Source of the DNA: Eledone cirrhosa | Lineage: Eukaryota | Direction of reading: 5' to 3' | Length of the DNA: 64,000 nucleotides | NCBI GenBank assembly: GCA_964016885.1 | Contig: OZ024750.1 | Coordinates: 42,966,001-43,030,000, forward strand | In this document: one piece after another, positions 1 through 17,419 of the stretch | How positions within the stretch are numbered: position 1 is the first letter of the stretch | How the letters are laid out: each line of letters opens with the position of its first letter | Notes under the pieces: generated by a model | Seen by the model: only the letters and a program-made list of their open reading frames with translations | Told to the model about the DNA's origin: nothing | Databases searched by the model: none | Made by a program: the position numbers and the translations under genes

Positions 1-1073
1 GTGGGCCTCGTTTGTGAGACGAACCTTTCCCAGACTCGTCTCACTCACCGAGCTGCAATCCTGGGTCAAGCAAAGACCGAGAAAACTGGGCGCCTGGCAC
101 ACTGAGTGTGCCCAGGCGCTCACCGCCCTCTGGCAGGCGGATCCGGTTATCAGTGGAGACTCCACCGCAACATTCTATAGAGGGCTGGTACGCAGCAGGT
201 GCGACGACGCCCTCGGAGAAGCCCTAGACATGGAGGAGGACGAACTGGCCAGCCTTTTCGGTAGGACATTTAGCCCGGGACCTATGGACAACTTCCAGAA
301 GTCCCTGGCCTGGCAGTGCTACCGAGGGGCTTTACCCGTTCGAGAAAGGCTCTACAGACACGGGCGCCCGGGTAGGGACCCCGCCAAAAAGATCTGTCCC
401 AGATGCGTGTGCGACGAGGAAACCGTTGCACACGCATTAGTACACTGCTCGGGCGTAGCCGATCTGTGGGGCTATGTCGAACAACTGCTGTCAAGGGTGG
501 GACCGATCCGGTTGACCACCGAGTCTATTGTAATGATCAAGCCGCCTCCCCCCTTCAAAGATGAAGCAGAGGCGGTGTTTCTGTGCGTAATAGCCATGGC
601 GAAAGAGGTTGTATGGTGGACGCGTCTGAAAGGACTGAGGTCGGGCACCTTTCTCTCTGGCCAACAACTGGTCCGTTTCTTCCGATATCATTTCGGAAGA
701 AGGATCAGGATGGAGAGAGAGGTGCTGCACCCCAGCCGTTTCTATGAAAGATGGGTGAAAGTGGCGAGAATGGCCCGTGTGAATGGGCCTTCACTCTACA
801 TCAGACTATAGGTGAGGAAGATGAAAGACCAAGGGAGCACCCCTTCTCTGTGCTCCTGAGGAGAAGGGTTGCACACTTTTTTCGGGGGTGTGTGCGACCC
901 CCCAAGGCGCCTCCTCTCTATTGAGGATTTTGTTAAAAATTTTATTTTTTGTTATATCTTATTTTATTTTTATATTTTGTTATTGCCTTCTCCTTATTGA
1001 GGACGCCTTTTTGTGTAAACTCCCCCCTTTGTACTTGTCCCACTTTTGATGCCCTAGTGGCAAATAAAAGAAA
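1..1073 (+). mobile_element. L1/Tx1-like LINE 3' portion with 3' UTR ending in (TATC)n
   Basis: The ORF2 end is followed by a T-rich 3' UTR, AATAAA at about 1063, then (TATC)n. A homologous copy lies at 18899-19381. Confidence 0.85.
2..811 (+). CDS. 3' end of ORF2 of an L1/Tx1-like non-LTR retrotransposon (C-terminal CCHC zinc knuckle); the 5' part lies outside the window
   Basis: The frame is open from the window start to TAG at 809-811. Motif CPRCVCDEETVAHALVHC follows LAWQCYRGALPVRERL, and a later VVWWTR block follows. This is typical of L1/Tx1 ORF2 C-termini. Confidence 0.85.
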   Translation, partial: WASFVRRTFPRLVSLTELQSWVKQRPRKLGAWHTECAQALTALWQADPVISGDSTATFYRGLVRSRCDDALGEALDMEEDELASLFGRTFSPGPMDNFQKSLAWQCYRGALPVRERLYRHGRPGRDPAKKICPRCVCDEETVAHALVHCSGVADLWGYVEQLLSRVGPIRLTTESIVMIKPPPPFKDEAEAVFLCVIAMAKEVVWWTRLKGLRSGTFLSGQQLVRFFRYHFGRRIRMEREVLHPSRFYERWVKVARMARVNGPSLYIRL

Positions 1074-1157
1074 TATATCTATCTATCTATCTAACTATCT
1101 ATCTATCTATCTATCTATCTATCTCTCTCTATATATATATACATATATCTCTCTCTC

Positions 1158-1191
<34 letters not shown>

Positions 1192-1237
1192 CATATCTCT
1201 CTCTCTATATATATATACATATATATATATAAAATAC

Positions 1238-1730
1238 GTGAATGATAGATAGGATAAACAGGAGAAAGTGAAAATTGAGAGAGACAAAGATGAAAACAAA
1301 ACAAAGGTAGAAGGGTTACCGTAGTGGAGATTTAATCCCAATATTTCGGGCTCACGCCCATCAACGGGGGAAAGTTCCAAAAGGGGGGGGGGGGGGAACA
1401 GGCTAAGCGGAGAAAGTTGTGATGTCGTTAAGACAACGGCATTCCTGTCTTAACGACATCACAACTTTCTCCGCTTAGCCTGTTCCCCCCCTTTTGGAAT
1501 TTTCCCCCGTTGATGGGCGTGAGCCCGAAATATTGGGATTAAATCTCCACTACGGTAACCCTTCTACCTTTGTTTTGTTTTCATCTTTGTCTCTCTCAAT
1601 TTTCACTTTCTCCTGTTTCTCCTATCTATCATTCACTTCCTACCTCGAGATTTCCCTCTGCATTGTTGTGGCTTTCTAAACTACGTATTTTACACATTTC
1701 ACAATGCTTCAAGCAAACTTTAACACCCTC
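1238..1730 (+). mobile_element. Short fold-back element (probable Penelope-like pLTR fragment) with about 195-bp inverted arms
   Basis: 1238-1435 is the near-perfect reverse complement of 1446-1636, with a 10-nt loop. A unique tail runs to 1730. TA/TC microsatellite flanks both sides. It carries a hammerhead-like motif. Confidence 0.7.
1503..1538 (+). ncRNA. Degenerate minimal hammerhead-like motif (mirror copy at 1336-1371, minus strand)
   Basis: tccc-CCGTTGA-t-GGGC gtga GCCC-GAAA-tatt-ggga. The core differs from CUGANGA at two positions. Confidence 0.35.
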
Positions 1731-1763
1731 ATATATATATATATATACATATCTCTCTCTCTC

Positions 1764-1797
<34 letters not shown>

Positions 1798-1911
1798 CAT
1801 ATCTCTCTCTCTATATATATACACACATATATATATACATATCTATCTATCTATATATTTATATATATATATACATATCTATCTATCTATATATTTATAT
1901 ATAGATAGATA

Positions 1912-1946
<35 letters not shown>

Positions 1947-2083
1947 CTATCTATCTCTCTCTCTATATAGTTAGAGAAGTAAAAAATTGCTTATTGTGAT
2001 CCAGTTTTTGGTTAAGAAAGCCAGTTTCATGGATGGTTTCAACGTTTCTCTATATATTAAGAATTATTTCAAGAGTAACTTAC

Positions 2084-2185
2084 TATTTTGAAAATTTGGA
2101 CTGTGAAGAACAATTATAATTGAGTGGCTGCTATTTGCAGTATAGCAATATAAGGTTGCACTTACCAATGAAACGGTCGTAAATA
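2084..2185 (+). ncRNA. Type-I hammerhead ribozyme candidate (U3:A8 core)
   Basis: tatt-TTGAAAA-tttgg...ccaat-GAAA-cggtcg-TA-aata, followed by AATAAA repeats, inside a unique island (about 1970-2250) flanked by (TA)n. Confidence 0.5.
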
Positions 2186-2289
2186 CCTGGATAAATAAAT
2201 AAATAAATACCTTCTCTTAATGCTTACCTGTGTTTTCTCTTTTATACTATACATATATATATATATATATACATATCTATCTATCTATC

Positions 2290-2321
<32 letters not shown>

Positions 2322-2346
2322 TATATATATATACATATCTATCTAT

Positions 2347-2383
<37 letters not shown>

Positions 2384-2515
2384 CTATCTGTATATCTCTA
2401 TATATATATACATATATATATATACATATATATATATACATATCTATCTATATATATCTATCTTTATATATATATACATATCTCTCTCTCTATATATATA
2501 CATACATATATATAT

Positions 2516-2565
<50 letters not shown>

Positions 2566-2689
2566 ATATATATATATATCTATATATATATATATATCTA
2601 TATGTGTATATTTACGATATTAGATTGGACTTCATAACTTCGACATGTTCTTCTCTTTCCATACACACACACTCATTCACATTCACATT

Positions 2690-2720
<31 letters not shown>

Positions 2721-3001
2721 ACACTCATTCACATTCCACACACACACACACATACTCACACACACACACACACATTCACACATACACTATGGCCGACATA
2801 TTGACTGTATTGACACTGAAGATATATGTTGTCGAATTAATAGACCTTTCATAGATTGACATAAAGGTGGGGTGTATGGGAAGTGTGTATGTGTGTGTGT
2901 GGGGGGGGGAGTGGGTGTGTGTGTTAATGTGTATGAGTGTGTGTGTGTGTATGTGTGTGAGTGTGTGTGTGCTTGGTAGAACCTGTCATTATATAGTCCA
3001 A

Positions 3002-3188
3002 GCGGTGGATTGGCAGTATCGGTAGAGGGTCGGACGCCATGCTTTCGAGCATAGTTATGTCCCTTTACAATCTGAGTTCAAATCCCGCCGAGATTGAATT
3101 TGCCTTTCATCCTTACGGGGTCGATAAAAGAAGTACCAGTAATGCACTAGGTAATTGTTGGCCTTGTGCCTAAAGTAGAAACAATTAT
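3002..3188 (+). mobile_element. tRNA-derived SINE (family A)
   Basis: tRNA-like head (ggattggcagtatcggtagag...gagttcaaatccc), conserved body tttgcctttcatccttacggggtcgataaaa..agtacc and tail ggccttgtgcc. Many copies in the window. Confidence 0.75.
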
Positions 3189-3271
3189 ATAGTCCAACCT
3201 ATTATCATGGACAATGTCCGCCGACTGATCTTTGTTAAAATATGTAATATTATCTCTTAATATCCCTGCCA

Positions 3272-3390
3272 TTCTGAGATCAAATCCCGCCGAGGTTAAC
3301 TTTGCCTTTCATCCTTACGGGGTCGATAAAATAAAGTACCAGTAATGTACTGGGTAATTGCTGGCCTTGTGCCAAAAGTAGAAATAATTA
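3272..3390 (+). mobile_element. SINE family A, 5'-truncated copy
   Basis: High identity to 3070-3188. Confidence 0.75.
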
Positions 3391-3446
3391 TCTCTTAATA
3401 CCCTGTAATAATTTAGAAGAAAATAACATAGATATGTTTGTTAACC

Positions 3447-3997
3447 CTGAGAGCATTCCTCAGTCAGACTTCTGACTGAGGAATGCTCTCAGAACTGACC
3501 AATGGGAAGTTTGACACTTTTTTTTGTTATTTTGTTCCTTTAACACCTTGTCCCTTCTGCCAATTTATCAATTTTTAAGCTAACTCCAACAATAACAACA
3601 CTTAGAATGAGGAATGTTCTAACAACTGACCAATGAGAGGAGAAGAGGACCTTTGACACTGAAATTCGTTTGTTTGAATTCATACGACTCCAGTTCCTCA
3701 GTGAAATAACAACCCAACAAGGAACTGGGCATATCAGAGTATTGACAATATTATACACCTAAACAACATATGTACTTGTCTATACCATACTAATTCAAAC
3801 TGCCTGAAGAGGTCACAGTCAAAGATGGCTGTCACTGAAATATATATAGCAGTAATAAACGAAGCTAAATTTTAATCATTTGACTTTTATTTAACTTTAT
3901 TTTACACTACTCCGGAGTAACCAAACCAACCTGCGCACTTCGTCGAGTGCTCCAGCCTGCATACTGAGGTGTTGGTATACAACCAACATAAACTCAA
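3447..3997 (+). mobile_element. Hammerhead-bearing Penelope-like pLTR fragment starting with a perfect 22-bp hairpin
   Basis: Hairpin at 3447-3468/3471-3492, hammerhead at 3799-3853, then AATAAA and a tail ending in (TA)n. Related to 38641-38878. Confidence 0.65.
3799..3853 (+). ncRNA. Type-I hammerhead ribozyme
   Basis: actgc-CTGAAGA-ggtcacagtca/tggctgtcact-GAAA-tatata-TA-gcagt. Complete canonical core, stem I and stem II, with palindromic stem III. Confidence 0.85.
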
Positions 3998-4077
3998 TAT
4001 ATATATATATATATATGTGTGTGTGTATGTGTATCAGTGTATATGTATATATATATATATACACACACTTACATATG

Positions 4078-4202
<125 letters not shown>

Positions 4203-4639
4203 GTCTGTATGTTTGTTTTGTGCACCATATTGAACTTGTATGGTAAGTCATAAAATCTATTATATAAAATATTCCATATTCCAGCTGTTATGCTGAATAT
4301 CGGAGTTAAATTTACTAACGTTTAAAAGTTAAATATTTTGTACCTGAAAGCTGAGAATCTGTGGCTGAACTTCTGCAAAGTTTGATACCAAATTATAGAT
4401 GTTTGCCTTGAAGGCAACAAAACCTACAAGAACATTTACATTAAACGTAAAACATGGCGGAAGATTTTGGCATTTAACGAGACACATTCATATATATATA
4501 TATTCTTATACGTATACATACACAAACACACATACATGCATATATACTCACTCGTCTATTTACAAACACGCACCCACTCACTCACTCATACATACACACG
4601 CACACACACACACACACACACATTCACATGTGAACTAAC

Positions 4640-4800
4640 ATACACACACTTATGTTTATACACATATTTTAAGTCATATTCATATATATATACACACATA
4701 CTTATGTTTATACACATATTTTAAGTCATATTCATATATATATACACACATACACTTATGTTTATACACATATTTTAAGTCCTATTCATATATACACATA
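4640..4800. repeat. About 56-bp tandem repeat, 3 copies
   Basis: cttatgtttatacacatattttaagtcatattcatata repeated three times. Confidence 0.8.
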
Positions 4801-4928
4801 CACGCGTGTAGGTACATTAAATATATATATATTATATCATTGATATTATACTCCAGAAAACCCGTAGAGTGCTTCGAATCTGTTATAAATAAATTTGTTG
4901 AATAACCAACAAATTAAATATCTCTTTG

Positions 4929-4981
<53 letters not shown>

Positions 4982-5126
4982 GTATGTATGTATGCATATG
5001 TATGCATATGTATGTATGTATGCATATGTATGCATATGTATGTATGTATGCATATATATGTATGTATGTATGCATATATATGTATGTATGTATGCATATA
5101 TATGTATGCATATATATATATGTATA

Positions 5127-5157
<31 letters not shown>

Positions 5158-5163
5158 GTTATA

Positions 5164-5231
<68 letters not shown>

Positions 5232-5357
5232 ATATATTTATATATACATACATACATATATATATACATTTATTATACATGTTATATATATTATGTATGT
5301 GTTATATATATATATATATATGCTATGTATATAAATATATATGTATGTGTATATATA

Positions 5358-5398
<41 letters not shown>

Positions 5399-5467
5399 TA
5401 TGAAGAGAGAAGAAACATTTAGATATAATTAGTAATAAAATGTATCATACCTAAACTGTTCCTAAAT

Positions 5468-5555
5468 TCCTCGACTACGTAGTTTCGTGGCATAAACAAA
5501 AACAATATATCAAAGATATAGAGTCCTTGCGAGGTCTGCCGACTTATCAAGAGGA
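5468..5555 (-). ncRNA. Type-I hammerhead ribozyme (U3:A8 core)
   Basis: Minus strand: tcctc-TTGATAA-gtcggca...tgccac-GAAA-ctacgtag-TC-gagga. Confidence 0.8.
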
Positions 5556-6058
5556 TACCTCATTTTACTAGTCTCAAGAACGCGTCTACACGACGTGAGA
5601 AAGAATCCCAAAAGGCGGAGGGGGAGACAGTCACGCGATATAACGGTCGAGAAACAGAGCTAAGCCTCTTATAACCACGAAGAAAATACCACGGAGGCGG
5701 AGGGGGTATTCATATCGAGGCCGTAGAAGAGGTAGTGAAGAAGGCGAGAAGTATGAGTAATGGAAGCTTTCCAGTTGTCCCCACACTTCAAAGATTGCTC
5801 GACCAGAGGGAGTTATTAATATATTTAGAAACACACAGATACATGCGGACACACACATATATACATGAATGCATCCGCACCCAACTGTGAGTTAAGGGTG
5901 CCAACTTCACCGATGTTGCTCAATGAATGACTGGGACAGACTAATTCAGTTTGAACCAGACTGAACCAGTATCAGAGTTAAAAATACATTATGAAGAGAG
6001 AAGAAACATTTAGATATAATTAGTAATAAAATGTATCATACCTAAACTGTTCCTAAAT

Positions 6059-6146
6059 TCCTCGACTACGTAGTTTCGTGGCATAAACAAAAACAATATA
6101 TCAAAGATATAGAGTCCTTGCGAGGTCTGCCGACTTATCAAGAGGA
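6059..6146 (-). ncRNA. Type-I hammerhead ribozyme, second identical copy
   Basis: Identical to 5468-5555. Confidence 0.8.
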
Positions 6147-6334
6147 TACCTCATTTTACTAGTCTCAAGAACGCGTCTACACGACGTGAGAAAGAATCCC
6201 AAAAGGCGGAGGGGGAGACAGTCACGCGATATAACGGTCGAGAAACAGAGCTAAGCCTCTTATAACCACGAAGAAAATACCACGGAGGCGGAGGGGGTAT
6301 TCATATCGAGGCCGTAGAAGAGGTAGTGAAGAAG

Positions 6335-6371
<37 letters not shown>

Positions 6372-6388
6372 TATGTATACACACGCAT

Positions 6389-6437
<49 letters not shown>

Positions 6438-6719
6438 CACACGCTGATGAACATGTAGATGTACACACGATTAAACCAATTTCAGAAGTGGCATAGACAA
6501 ACACAAACATATTTATATACACAAAAACACACTCACACTTACACACCCAATCATTGAATAAGTACATCCACATCCACACACACACATTTTCACACACAAA
6601 CATACACTTATTTAACACACGCACACACACACACATACACGCACACACCCTCTCCTTTTTCACATACACACCCTCCCTATATTTTATCACATATTCGCCC
6701 ACAGACATACATTAAAACA

Positions 6720-9700
6720 CACATACGACATATACATACAAACATACATACGACATATACATACAAACATACATACGACATATACATACACACATACATG
6801 CGACATATATATACAAACATACATACGACATATACATACAAACATACATACGACATATACATACAAACATACATACGACATATACATACAAACATACATA
6901 CGACATATACATACAAACATACATACGACATATGCATACAAACATACATACAACATACATACAAACATACATGCGACATATACATACAAACATACATACG
7001 ACATATACATACAAACATACATACGACATATACATACAAACATACATACGACATATACATACAAACATACATGCGACATATACATACAAACATACATACG
7101 ACATATACATACAAACATACATACGACATATACATTCAAACATACATACGACATATACATACAAACATACATACGACATATATATACAAACATACATGCG
7201 ACATATACATACAAACATACATACGACATATACATACAAACATACATACGACATATACATACAAACATACATACGACATATACATACAAACATACATACG
7301 ACATATACATACAAACATACATACGACATATACATTCAAACATACATACGACATATACATACACACATACATACGACATATACATACAAACATACATGCG
7401 ACATATACATACAAACATACATACGACATATACATACAAACATACATACGACATATATATACAGACATACATACGACATATACATATAAACATACATACG
7501 ACATATATATACAAACATACATACGACATATACATACAAACATACATACGACATATACATACAAACATACATACGACATATATATACAAACATACATACG
7601 ACATATACATACAAACATACATACGACATATACATACGACATATACATACAAACATACATGCGACATATACATACAAACATACATACGACATATACATAC
7701 AAACATACATACGACATATATATACAAACATACATACTACATATACATATAAACATATATACGACATATATATACAAACATACATACGACATATACATAT
7801 AAACATACATACGACATATATATACAAACATACATACGACATATATATACAAACATACATACGACATATATATACAAACATACATACGACATATACATAC
7901 AAACATACATACGACATATACATACAAACATACATACGACATATACATTCAAACATACATACGACATATACATTCAAACATACATACGACATATATATAC
8001 AAACATACATACGACATATATATACAAACATACATACGACATATATATACAAACATACATACGACATATACATACAAACATACATACGACATATACATAC
8101 AAACATACATACGACATATACATACAAACATACATACGACATATACATTCAAACATACATACGACATATACATACAAACATACATACGACATATACATAC
8201 AAACATACATACGACATATACATACAAACATACATGCGACATATACATACAAACATACATACGACATATACATACAAACATACATACGACATATACATTC
8301 AAACATACATACGACATATACATACAAACATACATACGACATATATATACAAACATACATGCGACATATACATACAAACATACATACGACATATACATAC
8401 AAACATACATACGACATATACATACAAACATACATACGACATATACATACAAACATACATACGACATATACATACAAACATACATACGACATATACATTC
8501 AAACATACATACGACATATACATACAAACATACATACGACATATACATACAAACATACATACGACATATACATTCAAACATACATACGACATATACATAC
8601 AAACATACATACGACATATACATACAAACATACATACGACATATACATACAAACATACATACGACATATACATTCAAACATACATACGACATATACATAC
8701 AAACATACATACGACATATACATACAAACATACATACGACATATACATACAAACATACATACGACATATACATTCAAACATACGACATATACATACAAAC
8801 ATACATACGACATATACATACAAACATACATACGACATATACATACAAACATACATACGACATATACATTCAAACATACATACGACATATACATACAAAC
8901 ATACATACGACATATACATACAAACATACATACGACATATACATACAAACATACATACGACATATACATTCAAACATACATACGACATATACATACAAAC
9001 ATACATACGACATATACATACAAACATACATACGACATATACATACAAACATACATACAACATATACATTCAAACATACATACGACATATACATACAAAC
9101 ATACATACGACATATACATTCAAACATACATACGACATATACATACAAACATACATACGACATATACATACAAACATACATACGACATATACATTCAAAC
9201 ATACATACGACATATACATTCAAACATACATACGACATATACATACAAACATACATACGACATATACATACAAACATACATACGACATATACATTCAAAC
9301 ATACATACGACATATACATTCAAACATACATACGACATATACATTCAAACATACATACGACATATACATTCAAACATACATACGACATATACATACAAAC
9401 ATACATGCGACATATACATACAAACATACATACGACATATACATACAAACATACATACGACATATACATTCAAACATACATACGACATATACATACAAAC
9501 ATACATACGACATATATATACAAACATACATGCGACATATACATACAAACATACATACGACATATACATACAAACATACATACGACATATACATACAAAC
9601 ATACATACGACATATACATACAAACATACATACGACATATACATACAAACATACATACGACATATACATTCAAACATACATACGACATATACATACACAC

Positions 9701-12700
9701 ATACATACGACATATACATACAAACATACATGCGACATATACATACAAACATACATACGACATATACATACAAACATACATACGACATATATATACAGAC
9801 ATACATACGACATATACATATAAACATACATACGACATATATATACAAACATACATACGACATATACATACAAACATACATACGACATATACATACAAAC
9901 ATACATACGACATATATATACAAACATACATACGACATATACATACAAACATACATACGACATATACATACGACATATACATACAAACATACATGCGACA
10001 TATACATACAAACATACATACGACATATACATACAAACATACATACGACATATATATACAAACATACATACTACATATACATATAAACATATATACGACA
10101 TATATATACAAACATACATACGACATATACATATAAACATACATACGACATATATATACAAACATACATACGACATATATATACAAACATACATACGACA
10201 TATATATACAAACATACATACGACATATACATACAAACATACATACGACATATACATACAAACATACATACGACATATACATTCAAACATACATACGACA
10301 TATACATTCAAACATACATACGACATATATATACAAACATACATACGACATATATATACAAACATACATACGACATATATATACAAACATACATACGACA
10401 TATACATACAAACATACATACGACATATACATACAAACATACATACGACATATACATACAAACATACATACGACATATACATTCAAACATACATACGACA
10501 TATACATACAAACATACATACGACATATACATACAAACATACATACGACATATACATACAAACATACATGCGACATATACATACAAACATACATACGACA
10601 TATACATACAAACATACATACGACATATACATTCAAACATACATACGACATATACATACAAACATACATACGACATATATATACAAACATACATGCGACA
10701 TATACATACAAACATACATACGACATATACATACAAACATACATACGACATATACATACAAACATACATACGACATATACATACAAACATACATACGACA
10801 TATACATACAAACATACATACGACATATACATTCAAACATACATACGACATATACATACAAACATACATACGACATATACATACAAACATACATACGACA
10901 TATACATTCAAACATACATACGACATATACATACAAACATACATACGACATATACATACAAACATACATACGACATATACATACAAACATACATACGACA
11001 TATACATTCAAACATACATACGACATATACATACAAACATACATACGACATATACATACAAACATACATACGACATATACATACAAACATACATACGACA
11101 TATACATTCAAACATACGACATATACATACAAACATACATACGACATATACATACAAACATACATACGACATATACATACAAACATACATACGACATATA
11201 CATTCAAACATACATACGACATATACATACAAACATACATACGACATATACATACAAACATACATACGACATATACATACAAACATACATACGACATATA
11301 CATTCAAACATACATACGACATATACATACAAACATACATACGACATATACATACAAACATACATACGACATATACATACAAACATACATACAACATATA
11401 CATTCAAACATACATACGACATATACATACAAACATACATACGACATATACATTCAAACATACATACGACATATACATACAAACATACATACGACATATA
11501 CATACAAACATACATACGACATATACATTCAAACATACATACGACATATACATTCAAACATACATACGACATATACATACAAACATACATACGACATATA
11601 CATACAAACATACATACGACATATACATTCAAACATACATACGACATATACATTCAAACATACATACGACATATACATTCAAACATACATACGACATATA
11701 CATTCAAACATACATACGACATATACATACAAACATACATACGACATATACATACAAACATACATGCGACATATACATACAAACATACATACGACATATA
11801 CATACAAACATACATACGACATATATATACAGACATACATACGACATATACATACAAACATACATACGACATATACATTCAAACATACATACGACATATA
11901 CATACAAACATACATACGACATATACATACAAACATACATACGACATATACATACAAACATACATACAACATATACATTCAAACATACATACGACATATA
12001 CATACAAACATACATACGACATATACATTCAAACATACATACGACATATACATACAAACATACATACGACATATACATACAAACATACATACGACATATA
12101 CATTCAAACATACATACGACATATACATTCAAACATACATACGACATATACATACAAACATACATACGACATATACATACAAACATACATACGACATATA
12201 CATTCAAACATACATACGACATATACATTCAAACATACATACGACATATACATACAAACATACATACGACATATACATACAAACATACATACGACATATA
12301 CATACAAACATACATGCGACATATACATACAAACATACATACGACATATACATACAAACATACATACGACATATATATACAGACATACATACGACATATA
12401 CATACAAACATACATACGACATATACATACAAACATACATACGACATATACATACAAACATACATACGACATATACATTCAAACATACATACGACATATA
12501 CATTCAAACATACATACGACATATACATACAAACATACATACGACATATACATTCAAACATACATACGACATATACATTCAAACATACATACGACATATA
12601 CATTCAAACATACATACGACATATACATTCAAACATACATACGACATATACATACAAACATACATACGACATATACATACAAACATACATGCGACATATA

Positions 12701-13070
12701 CATACAAACATACATACGACATATACATACAAACATACATACGACATATATATACAGACATACATACGACATATACATATAAACATACATACGACATATA
12801 TATACAAACATACATACGACATATACATACAAACATACATGCGACATATATATACAAACATACATACGACATATATATACAAACATACATACGACATATA
12901 TATACAAACATACATACGACATATATATACAAACATACATACGACATATATATACAAACATACATACGACATATATATACAAACATACATACGACATATA
13001 TATACAAACATACATACGACATACATTCAAACATACATGCGACATATACATACAAACATACATACGACAC
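6720..13070. repeat. 25-bp minisatellite (acatacatacgacatatacatacaa)n, about 250 units, with a 2,334-bp higher-order duplication
   Basis: Direct 25-nt periodicity. Variant units and identical ORFs recur at a 2,334-bp offset (7136/9470, 8234/10568). Confidence 0.95.
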
Positions 13071-13211
13071 ATACACAAACACACACAGAGACCCATACAC
13101 GCACATGCGCACACATAAACACACAGATTCATACACACATGCACATGCACAAACACACAGAGACCCATACACACATGCACACACACACATAGACAGACTA
13201 ACATACACACA

Positions 13212-13245
<34 letters not shown>

Positions 13246-13344
13246 CACACATACACACACATGCACACACACACAAACACAGAGAGTAAATGTCATCAAC
13301 CCAAATCCACTACGACCCTGCCTTTAAATAATCTATTGACAAAC

Positions 13345-15700
<2,356 letters not shown>

Positions 15701-15944
15701 ACATATTTGAATACTTTGACTGTATACTTATTACACATTTCAACAAGCTGGGGGGTAGATGTTGGCTACTCTAGAAATATGTCGTAAACGACGCCGAGAC
15801 ACCGTATGGACTTTATGTGAGGCAGCAAATGCATCTTTTCTCCAAACTACGCCGCCATTTTAACTTGCCCTTTTTACGCTTCCAGAATTATTGAGTCGGT
15901 GGAGATGGTTATCAGGTTTGACAAACCTTGTATAGAACATGTCC

Positions 15945-15997
15945 AGGTCAACTTTGCCTTTCATCCTTTCGTGGAGGTCGATAAAAAAGTACCAGTC
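15945..15997 (+). mobile_element. SINE family A core fragment
   Basis: ggtcaactttgcctttcatcctttcgtggaggtcgataaaaaagtaccag. Confidence 0.65.
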
Positions 15998-16028
15998 AAA
16001 TTACGGGGTCGGTTCTTTCTCTATAAAG

Positions 16029-16656
<628 letters not shown>

Positions 16657-16813
16657 GTAAAAATATCGGCTGTTCAATCTTTGAGAGGGGGTGGGTTGTG
16701 TCGGGTTTAAAATAGTCACTAGGACTTCAACAGGGGTCGCCTGGCCATTGCCGTCATTGAAATATATATCACAACCTTATCAATAAAGAACTTTAACATC
16801 TGAAACTACTTCG

Positions 16814-16889
<76 letters not shown>

Positions 16890-16917
16890 CGGTGGATTGG
16901 CAGTATCGGTAGAGGGT

Positions 16918-17058
16918 CCCCGACGGCTGAGCTCAAGCCGTTTCGACGGCTAATTCTGGACGGCTAATTCTGGACGGCTAATTTTCGACGGCTAATTGGT
17001 CCAGAATTAGCCGTCGAAACGGCTTGAGCTCAGCCGTCGGGGTCCTACTCGTTCCTAT
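16918..17058 (+). mobile_element. Small fold-back element carrying the 3' half of a hammerhead, fused to a 30-nt SINE head
   Basis: Inverted arms at 16918-16961/16999-17042. GAAA-cggct tgagctc agccg-TC-gggg at 17016-17042. A second copy lies at 20871-20943. Confidence 0.6.
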
Positions 17059-17419
17059 ATATATATATATATTAGGGTGGCCGTTATTTTTCAACTTTCT
17101 AAATAATTATATTTCTTAAAATAACTGAGGTTTAGCGAGACAATATTATTTTCAAAATGGGACCTCAGTGCATAGTTAAATTCATTGCAGCCTTCCAAAA
17201 TTAAAAGGTTCCTTAACCTTCGTTTAAACTGACAAAAGATCCATCATAGATATAAATATAGTCTATAAACATGTCACGACTATTAACAGTCTATTAACAG
17301 TCACGACTATCATAATCTTATTTGTTGTGTTTCAGGGTAGATAACTGAGGAGTTCCAGCCTGATATTGCAGACCGCATATGATGACAGATTTACAGCTTA
17401 GTCCTCAATTAACTACACC

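Larger units (their letters stand above)
5393..6334 (-). mobile_element. Partial-tandem pLTR-like element: 351-bp direct repeats, each with a hammerhead
   Basis: 5393-5743 equals 5984-6334 (offset 591 bp). Both outer ends abut (TA)n. Confidence 0.75.

Noticed and set aside
3002-3090. tRNA gene
   Set aside because: It is only a degenerate tRNA-like SINE head. A cloverleaf cannot be completed.
6720-13070. CRISPR-like array of 25-bp repeats
   Set aside because: The repeats are contiguous with no unique spacers, there are no cas genes, and the context is eukaryotic.
17073-17215. TAGGGTG-starting segment resembling a DNA transposon terminus
   Set aside because: No matching opposite terminus or target duplication was found.
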